NCBI GenBank assembly: GCA_036676395.1
Contig: JAKFCY010000002.1
Span: 1,568,001 to 1,632,000 of the forward strand
DNA length: 64,000 bases
Origin: Bdellovibrio sp.
GTDB taxonomy: Bacteria; Bdellovibrionota; Bdellovibrionia; Bdellovibrionales; Bdellovibrionaceae
Reading direction: 5' to 3'
The position numbers and the translations under genes were made by a program. Below are positions 57,316 to 64,000 of this stretch, piece after piece. The first letter of the stretch is position 1; every line of letters starts with the position of its first letter. Under the pieces are notes generated by a model. It was not told where the DNA came from. It saw only the letters and a list, made by a program, of their open reading frames with translations, and ran no database searches.

Positions 57316-57765
57316 TCACTGCATATTGCGGCCGGATCGTGATGCAGGAGCACTTTGCGATATTCGGCTCACCGCAGCTTCAAACTGCTCTGGTGAAAAT
57401 TCAGAAAGAGAAATATCTCCTAATGATAAAACTCCAACTAATCTTTTATCCCGGTTCAATACCGGAAGACGACGAACTTGATTGTCACCTAAATTGCGTG
57501 TGACTTCTTCAAGCGTTTGATCTTCAAAACAGTACAACACTTTTTTAGACATCACCTCATGTACTTTTGTTGTGTCTGGCGACAGACCCGAAGCCACACC
57601 GCGAATGGCGATGTCACGGTCAGTGACTGTACCGATTAATTTATCGTTTTCTTGAATTGGTAAAAATCCAAAATCCCCGTCGCGCATCAGACAAGCCACT
57701 TCTTTGAGTGACATGTCGGGGCGCCCAAGCTCTACATAATTTGACATGCATTCTTTGACTAACAT
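57316..57765 (-). CDS. CBS-domain pair protein
   Basis: MLVKECMS, GTVTDRDI, QVRRLPV, LVGVLSLGDI. Confidence 0.93.
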   Translation of the reverse strand: MLVKECMSNYVELGRPDMSLKEVACLMRDGDFGFLPIQENDKLIGTVTDRDIAIRGVASGLSPDTTKVHEVMSKKVLYCFEDQTLEEVTRNLGDNQVRRLPVLNRDKRLVGVLSLGDISLSEFSPEQFEAAVSRISQSAPASRSGRNMQ

Positions 57766-57782
57766 AAAAATTCTCCTTTACT

Positions 57783-58265
57783 TTATGGTGTTGTTACTTC
57801 TAACTGCTCTTGCTCTGGTGATAAATCCACACCAACATGGTCTTTAGCAACAAGAGTATACCCGTGATAAGCGGCAACCACCGTTAAGCCAAAACCTAAT
57901 CCTGTAATCATGGTATTGATTATATTCGGAAGAACGCTTGCATTGAAGGTACCCCAAATTAGATACAGATTTATCGAAAATAAAATTAATGATGTTACAT
58001 TTAAGGCTGCATGAATATAGCCCCGCTTTTTTGCTGGCGAGCTTTTTGGCACGCCTGCATACAAATCAATGGCCCCTGGCAGTGCGGCAACAACTGCAGC
58101 GCACACACCGGCAAGATTTGTCATAAATGCCACACGATACCAAAAAAGATTTTCTGTTCCTTGAAATAAACAAAAACAAACAAAAGCGCCAGTATAAAAC
58201 ACGATGGGAAAACTGACCAACATTGGGTGAACGGCCCGCCCCAAAATTTTGACTTTGCTATACAT
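57783..58265 (-). CDS. DUF2231 membrane protein
   Basis: HPMLVSFPI, AALPGAID, HAALN, YHGYTLV..HVGV; start ATG 58265 with AAGGA SD. Confidence 0.88.
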   Translation of the reverse strand: MYSKVKILGRAVHPMLVSFPIVFYTGAFVCFCLFQGTENLFWYRVAFMTNLAGVCAAVVAALPGAIDLYAGVPKSSPAKKRGYIHAALNVTSLILFSINLYLIWGTFNASVLPNIINTMITGLGFGLTVVAAYHGYTLVAKDHVGVDLSPEQEQLEVTTP

Positions 58266-58305
58266 AATAATTTCCTTTCGTTTAAGGTTTAATACAGTCT
58301 TAATG

Positions 58306-58321
58306 AGCAAGTTAAAGGCCC
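58306..58321 (-). promoter_or_regulatory. Sigma54-like -24/-12 element
   Basis: GGGCCT-TTAAC-TTGCT upstream of the DUF2231-CBS pair. Confidence 0.55.
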
Positions 58322-58379
58322 GCGTTAAAAAACATATGCTGCCTTATCCCAATTTGAGACACGAAACTTTAGAATACTT

Positions 58380-58407
58380 TAAAGATCGCAGGCCTTAGGT
58401 CCGATAC
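58380..58407 (+). promoter_or_regulatory. Sigma28 (FliA)-like promoter
   Basis: TAAA-N16-TCCGATAC, 9 bp before ATG 58417. Confidence 0.45.
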
Positions 58408-58416
58408 CTAGACTAT

Positions 58417-59328
58417 ATGCCAGATCAATACCTGCACCGCATTTTACCTCATATTAAAGATACTTTTTCTGATGCAGAAATTTCTATTCAGGCAAATCAT
58501 GCTGTCGTTGAAAAATTAAATCACAATTTTACTTTAATTTTAGAAGACAACAAAATTCACAACGATGATTCGTTTGGTTTTGTTAAACTGAAAGTACCGA
58601 TTGATAGCCAAGGTTTAAACTACGAACAGCTGAATCTATTTGTCGCGCAAATGAATCATTGTCATCGCGGTTGCCACTGGGCCATAGACACCGTCACAGA
58701 CACGATCTCATCAGATGATGTGCAACTTTATCTCTACGCTACGATGATCACAGAACTTGGCCGAAGAATTGATGATAAAGATCAGATCGTGATGGAAATT
58801 TTAAATCTGCAAAAAATGAAATATTACACCGATCAATATTTAACCGAGATGAAATCAAATCCATTGTGGTTAACTAGTTTTTCGTTAACTTACGGTAAAA
58901 ATATTATTCCGTGCTTAGCGCCTGAGAATTTTCTAAATCCAGAAGACAACTCGATTTACAAGCGGACGATAAAGCACATGGAAAAGCTGAATTATCGCAT
59001 CGAACAGATCAATGGCTCATGTTTTAAAGTGACTAACGAAAAGCTGACGGTTTCGGTTCTGACTTTTCTTGGGCCAGAACTTATGAGTATTTATTCAGTC
59101 GTCACAGAAGAAAATAAAACCTTTCTTAACTTAAAAAAACTGCTGAATGAACGTAATCAAGACTTAATCATGGGACATTATGAAATATCGCCTATTGCGC
59201 AAATTGTAGGATACACTAACTACCTGCGTTTAGCTGATGGCATGCGTGATATTAAGCTACGTTTGTTCTTAGACTCGCCAGACATTGCAAAAATGATTTA
59301 TTTTGACAATCAATCTGTGGCCGCCTAA
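58417..59328 (+). CDS. Hypothetical protein, possibly tandem YbjN/type-III-chaperone-like domains
   Basis: 303-aa ORF; two similar segments (QMNHCHRGCHWAI / ERNQDLIMGHYEI). Confidence 0.6.
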   Translation: MPDQYLHRILPHIKDTFSDAEISIQANHAVVEKLNHNFTLILEDNKIHNDDSFGFVKLKVPIDSQGLNYEQLNLFVAQMNHCHRGCHWAIDTVTDTISSDDVQLYLYATMITELGRRIDDKDQIVMEILNLQKMKYYTDQYLTEMKSNPLWLTSFSLTYGKNIIPCLAPENFLNPEDNSIYKRTIKHMEKLNYRIEQINGSCFKVTNEKLTVSVLTFLGPELMSIYSVVTEENKTFLNLKKLLNERNQDLIMGHYEISPIAQIVGYTNYLRLADGMRDIKLRLFLDSPDIAKMIYFDNQSVAA

Positions 59329-59340
59329 AAAAACTATCCC

Positions 59341-59994
59341 ATGAATAAAAAATCAAAATATTTTAAGCATTATAAAAACAAGCCCTATCGTTATGTGGGC
59401 GTAGCCAAACACTCTGAAGAATTAAAAGACTATGTGATCTATGAATGCTTATACCCAAACGATTTAGCGACCTTATGGATTCGTCCGAAAGATATGTTTT
59501 TTGAAGTGAGTGAGTTTCAGGGAAAGACGACTCCCCGTTTTGCACAAGTTCCCTTTGAAATCAAAAAATTCTCTGGCCTTGTTTCTGAAATTCAAGCACC
59601 GCTATTACAGCTTTGCCAAGACGCTTTCACAGATTTTGAAGAAGAAAAATTTAAACTGCGCTTTAAGAATCAAAAGAACATGATGATATTTTGTTTTTAC
59701 TACGAGCAAGAACTTGTGGGTTTTAAAGCAGGTTATGAATTAGATGAAACAAAATATTACAGCTGGATCGGCGCGGTTGCAAAAAATCATCGCCAACTAG
59801 GCGTGGCCCACGCGTTAATGCAAGAGCAACATGCCTGGGCCAAAACAAACAATTATACATTAATACAAACCAAATCCGATAATCGCCATAAAGAAATGAT
59901 GCAGCTAAATCTAAAAGCCGGTTTTAATATCGTTGGAACAGAATTTACAACTCTGAGCCCTGTATTAAAAATACTTTTTGAAAAAAAGTTATAG
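59341..59994 (+). CDS. DUF1653-GNAT fusion protein
   Basis: FKHYKNKPY..GVAKHSE..VIYECLY..WIRPKDMF..PRF then GFKAGY..YSWIGAV..HRQLGVA..NLKAGF. Confidence 0.85.
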   Translation: MNKKSKYFKHYKNKPYRYVGVAKHSEELKDYVIYECLYPNDLATLWIRPKDMFFEVSEFQGKTTPRFAQVPFEIKKFSGLVSEIQAPLLQLCQDAFTDFEEEKFKLRFKNQKNMMIFCFYYEQELVGFKAGYELDETKYYSWIGAVAKNHRQLGVAHALMQEQHAWAKTNNYTLIQTKSDNRHKEMMQLNLKAGFNIVGTEFTTLSPVLKILFEKKL

Positions 59995-59996
59995 CC

Positions 59997-60815
59997 TTAT
60001 TTCAAGACAACAAATTGCGCTAAAACTTCACCAGAAACAGACAGAAATTTAATAAGTCCATTTTCAAAAGTCGCTTTAAAAAATGGAACCGAAGAACCGC
60101 TGTGCTTGTAACGGTCCACAACAAAATATTCTGAATCAGTGTATTTTTTGATGTCATCCACTGAAGTTTGAATCACTTTTCGAAAACTGTAAAAAGTCAT
60201 TTGTTCATTGCAAAAATTAAAAGTCAGCATGTTTTTATCGTTGTTTTCAAAATCACAACAATTAACCCACATAGAATCGACTTGGCTCAAAAAACGATCG
60301 TCATTGTTACACTCTACCAGCAACAACGGCACCCGGTGTTGACGAACCCGAAGGCCAATACTAAGCACGCCCTGTGAAGTTTTAAAATTTAAATGCAGCT
60401 TACTTCGACAAAGGTTCTGATCAAGAACTTCAATGGCCACTTGATCAGAAAAATAAGCTTTAAATAACTCTCCTAAACCTGAATTTCCACCAGAAAGATG
60501 TAACCCTGCATTCAACATTTGTTCATTTCTAATTTCCGTCTCGGCAATTAAAATATCTGCCGACAACGAAAGACCCGAATACATAAAATTATCTATCAAG
60601 CTCAACGAAATTCCGAAACAGTGTGTTTTGGGGCTATAAACATGCCCGCCGATTGCCGCATCCAAAATGGCGACGACATCAGCCTTAGTTTTTATTGCCG
60701 ATAACTTTTCGCTCCAATTTAAAATTTGCGAATCATTAACAGGTTCTGAATTTTTATTGAGTAGATTCGAAAGTCTTTCGAATAATTTCTTCGTCATGGC
60801 TATAAATTTTATCAC
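59997..60815 (-). CDS. Hypothetical protein
   Basis: 272-aa ORF filling the gap; no motif recognised. Confidence 0.6.
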   Translation of the reverse strand: MIKFIAMTKKLFERLSNLLNKNSEPVNDSQILNWSEKLSAIKTKADVVAILDAAIGGHVYSPKTHCFGISLSLIDNFMYSGLSLSADILIAETEIRNEQMLNAGLHLSGGNSGLGELFKAYFSDQVAIEVLDQNLCRSKLHLNFKTSQGVLSIGLRVRQHRVPLLLVECNNDDRFLSQVDSMWVNCCDFENNDKNMLTFNFCNEQMTFYSFRKVIQTSVDDIKKYTDSEYFVVDRYKHSGSSVPFFKATFENGLIKFLSVSGEVLAQFVVLK

Positions 60816-60896
60816 TCTGAATACAAAGTGATACTTTACCTGGCCTAGATGATTCTATGAAATGCAAATATTCGCTCTCAAAACTTGGAGCAAATA

Positions 60897-61811
60897 TTAA
60901 TTTTGCCCGCAGCGATCAAGACTGACCGTTGGAGTCTGAACTACACCATTTTCAGTGTAAGTAAGATCGGCTATACCACAACCGGTGATAGTCATCGTAA
61001 AATTACCCAGCGAAGTGCATGTACCTGTCCAATGTCCTTGTGTAGCACAGTTACAGTTTGCAGTACCCCAGGCCACCGAAACCGGTTGAAACGTGCAAGT
61101 TTCTCCCGAAGTCGCATTCACGATCTCTAGGGCTCCCGCACCACTTGATAACACACGGTTACCACGCGTATTACCAGTGATTGTAAGTGGCGTCACCGTT
61201 CTGGTATTAAGACTTAATAACACTGTGCCATTAGAATTTAATGAGCGATTAATGCCATCATTCACATAAGAAAATACTCTGGTTGTGCCTGAACCTGTAG
61301 CCCAAGTCAGAATCGACCCGTAAGTACCAGTTTTAGTTGCAGATAATGACATGTTATTACTAGCGATTGTGTAATTCGGCGCAATTCGAATAGCTTGGCC
61401 AGCTGCAGACATCGTGCAATTTGTGCCACCAGTCCAAGTCATGCCGACTGAGCCAGTTAAAACATATCCGCCAATCGTACAGCTATTGAAGTTTCTTAAA
61501 ACAGAATTTGCAGAGCACGTGCTAAATTCGGCCGTGTTGCAAGTCGCCGCTTGCGCTTGCGGAAATAAAGCGAACATTAAATTATCGACAGAGACATTTT
61601 TTGAAGAAGAGTTATTAAAAGTCGGCGCAAAATGTGCGATCGCAGTTGTACCGCGTCCCGCTTCATCAATCGTTGCCATGACATCACCAAGTTGATTTGC
61701 GACTTCGAGAGCGGTGTTGGCTTCGCCGAATGAAACCTGCTCTGAAGCGCCACAACCTAAAATCAGGTTACAAACTGCAGCCATTAAAACTAGCAAAAGT
61801 GTCTTGTTCAT
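60897..61811 (-). CDS. Cys/Thr/Gly-rich lipoprotein
   Basis: ILGC lipobox; beta-rich, many Cys; GGAG SD. Confidence 0.8.
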   Translation of the reverse strand: MNKTLLLVLMAAVCNLILGCGASEQVSFGEANTALEVANQLGDVMATIDEAGRGTTAIAHFAPTFNNSSSKNVSVDNLMFALFPQAQAATCNTAEFSTCSANSVLRNFNSCTIGGYVLTGSVGMTWTGGTNCTMSAAGQAIRIAPNYTIASNNMSLSATKTGTYGSILTWATGSGTTRVFSYVNDGINRSLNSNGTVLLSLNTRTVTPLTITGNTRGNRVLSSGAGALEIVNATSGETCTFQPVSVAWGTANCNCATQGHWTGTCTSLGNFTMTITGCGIADLTYTENGVVQTPTVSLDRCGQN

Positions 61812-61974
61812 GTTTACTCCAAGTGCTCTATAGAGCTAATTATTGGGCAAAATACCCCGATGTCATCAAGATTGTGTTATTACGCACAGAGTGCATTAAT
61901 TTTTTTTTGCAACTTCTGTATTTTCATAGCGAAATAGGCCCACAACTTAGATTATCCAGTGGAGGGGTTCCATT

Positions 61975-63048
61975 ATGTTAATGCGTTTAATAATTATTAC
62001 TTTATTTTTTAGTTTATCTGCCCAAGCCTATTCACCAAAAGTGGCTTGGTTATCACAGTTAAAATCAATCGATGATTTAGAATTAGTGGCAACTCCAGAA
62101 CAAAATCACACGCCTCTGTTTGAGGCTTTCGCTAAAGCGCAAAAAACTATTCGCATCGGAATTTTTGGAATCTCGTCCCAAGAGATGGCTGATCAAATTG
62201 AAAAACAAGTTAAACGCGGGATCAATGTTACAATTATATGTGATAAATACTGTACGAATAATGAAAAACGCAAAGCCATTTTCGAGCAATTAAAAAAAGC
62301 GGGCGCTAACATCATGGTGGCCACTAGTGGCTTTACAATCACTCACTGGAAAATGTTTGTCATTGATGAATCCTTAGCTTTTGTTTCAACGATGAATTTT
62401 ATTAGCCGATCAAATCAAATGCGCGATTTGGGCGTATTTACTGCGGATAAATCAGTGATCTCTGAAATTATCTCTGTGTTTGACCAAGATGTTAAAAATT
62501 CTGTGAATCAAACTAACATTACACCAGAGTTAGTAAGCACTAATTTAGTATGGAGCCCAAATAATTCCGAAGCTAAACTTGTGGACCTGATTAATTCAGC
62601 TGATAAAACCATCGAAATTTGGATCGAAAACATGGGACATGTAAAAATACATGCAGCGTTACAAGAGGCCGTTAAACGTAAAGTCAATGTGCGCGTGTTA
62701 ACCAGCGTCTGTGGTTTAGGTATGTCAGGTGCACAAGCTTATAAAAATCTAAAAGACTTAAAATCACGTGGTGTGATCGTTAAAGGAACCCCCTACCCTG
62801 CGACTGAAGGCATCCCGTATATCCACGCAAAAACAATCAATGTTGATCATCAGGCCGTATTTTTAGGGTCTGAGAATTTTTCTGGAAATTCGATCAATAA
62901 AGCTCGTGAATTAGGAATTGTATTTAGAGATGTCGCTGTTGAACAGAAGATGGCAGCCCTTTATGAAAAAGATTGGGCCCAATCTGTCGAAATTCCGGAT
63001 TCTCACCCAGAAAAATGTAGCCCATTGACTGCAAATACGGAAGAATAG
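61975..63048 (+). CDS. Secreted phospholipase D-superfamily protein
   Basis: Two HKD motifs (HWKMFVID, HAKTINVD..GSEN); signal peptide. Confidence 0.92.
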   Translation: MLMRLIIITLFFSLSAQAYSPKVAWLSQLKSIDDLELVATPEQNHTPLFEAFAKAQKTIRIGIFGISSQEMADQIEKQVKRGINVTIICDKYCTNNEKRKAIFEQLKKAGANIMVATSGFTITHWKMFVIDESLAFVSTMNFISRSNQMRDLGVFTADKSVISEIISVFDQDVKNSVNQTNITPELVSTNLVWSPNNSEAKLVDLINSADKTIEIWIENMGHVKIHAALQEAVKRKVNVRVLTSVCGLGMSGAQAYKNLKDLKSRGVIVKGTPYPATEGIPYIHAKTINVDHQAVFLGSENFSGNSINKARELGIVFRDVAVEQKMAALYEKDWAQSVEIPDSHPEKCSPLTANTEE

Positions 63049-63052
63049 TCAT

Positions 63053-64000
63053 GTGACTATTCTTCATCTATTGTCTCAAAATCAACTTACTGGTGCAGAA
63101 GTCTATGCCAGTCAGCTTATCGATACCCAAGTGGCCGCAGGCCATAAAGTCTATCAAGTCTCTAATGGGTTTTATTACCCGACAAAAGCTGAAAAAATTG
63201 AACTTAAAGTCGAAACTAAATCTATTTTCGAAACTTATAATAGCGTAAAAAAACTTCGCGACATCATCAAGAAACACAATATCCAGGTGATCCACGCCCA
63301 TTCGCGTGCTGCTTCAAAGCTAGCCGACAAGGCGGCTTGCGGAATGCCTGTGGGTTACGTAAGTACGATTCATGGCCGTCAGCACTTATCTTTTTCAAAA
63401 CGCTGGAAAAACATCTACGGCACGCACCAGATCGCCGTTTGTGAAAACATCAAATCGCAGTTAGCCATCGAATTTAATTACAACCCTAAGCACATTAAAG
63501 TGATCAGAAACGGAATCAGCACAGAATTGTTTTTTCCAAAACGTGTGAATTCTGCGAAAAGCAAAACTGAAACGTTAAAAATAGCCATCATCGGCCGCGC
63601 TACAGGCCCTAAAAAAGTCAGAACTGAAAATACGATTAAATATTTCACCGAGATTTTAACAAAACAAAATATCGTCTGCGAAATTCATATCATCGGCACA
63701 AGTGAAATAGATATTGATCCAGCACTTCATTCTAAAAACATACACTTTCACACAGCTCAAAATCTGCACCAGGGTATTTACGCTCAGTTTGATCTGATCG
63801 TGGGCGCAGGCCGTGTCTGTATGGAAAGCTTAATGAGCGGCGTGCCAACAATTGCCTTCGGCGAAGCCAAGTACTTAGGTTTAGTAAAAAAAGAAAATAT
63901 CACTGAATTTATGCAGTCTAATTTCGGCGACATTGAAAAATCATCTTGGGGAGCTCCTGAAGTAAACGTCGAACAATTAAAAATCGATATCGAAAATTAT
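63053..64000 (+). CDS. Glycosyltransferase family 4 (GT-B) protein, partial
   Basis: Manual translation from GTG 63053: (M)TILHLLSQNQLTGAEVYA..IHAHSRAA..STIHG..IRNGI..GAGRVCMESLMSGVP; runs off the window, so it is absent from the ORF track. Confidence 0.85.
   Translation, partial: MTILHLLSQNQLTGAEVYASQLIDTQVAAGHKVYQVSNGFYYPTKAEKIELKVETKSIFETYNSVKKLRDIIKKHNIQVIHAHSRAASKLADKAACGMPVGYVSTIHGRQHLSFSKRWKNIYGTHQIAVCENIKSQLAIEFNYNPKHIKVIRNGISTELFFPKRVNSAKSKTETLKIAIIGRATGPKKVRTENTIKYFTEILTKQNIVCEIHIIGTSEIDIDPALHSKNIHFHTAQNLHQGIYAQFDLIVGAGRVCMESLMSGVPTIAFGEAKYLGLVKKENITEFMQSNFGDIEKSSWGAPEVNVEQLKIDIENY

Overview
Bacterial chromosomal window of moderately low GC, most consistent with a Bdellovibrionota (Bdellovibrio/Pseudobdellovibrio-like) genome. 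This is inferred from the ffh-rpsP-KH-rimM-trmD-SPOUT-rplS gene order and the many short-signal-peptide hypothetical proteins. Housekeeping genes (rplS, trmD, rimM, rpsP, ffh, prfC, trhO, tRNA-fMet, metG, trpS, xdhABC, guanine deaminase) are interspersed with accessory loci. No integrase, transposase, prophage or CRISPR array was seen. Most notable: (1) a divergent pair of secreted atypical-kinase-like proteins at 53.3-56.4 kb, one with Fam20C/Four-jointed/PI4K-like motifs and one looking like a pseudokinase, each preceded by a sigma54-type promoter; (2) a six-gene NfrB-type surface-glycan operon (small OM barrel, NfrB-like GT lacking the c-di-GMP module, DUF2334 deacetylase, unknown scaffold, GH113-like hydrolase, WecB); (3) a GNAT-like plus desaturase unit facing an XRE plus PAS-like unit, a candidate signalling cassette; (4) at least ten sigma54-like -24/-12 elements upstream of stress-type and secreted genes, including a duplicated promoter/micro-ORF/terminator unit; (5) a possible decayed tRNA-fMet-anchored islet. 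All family calls come from visual motif recognition, not database searches.
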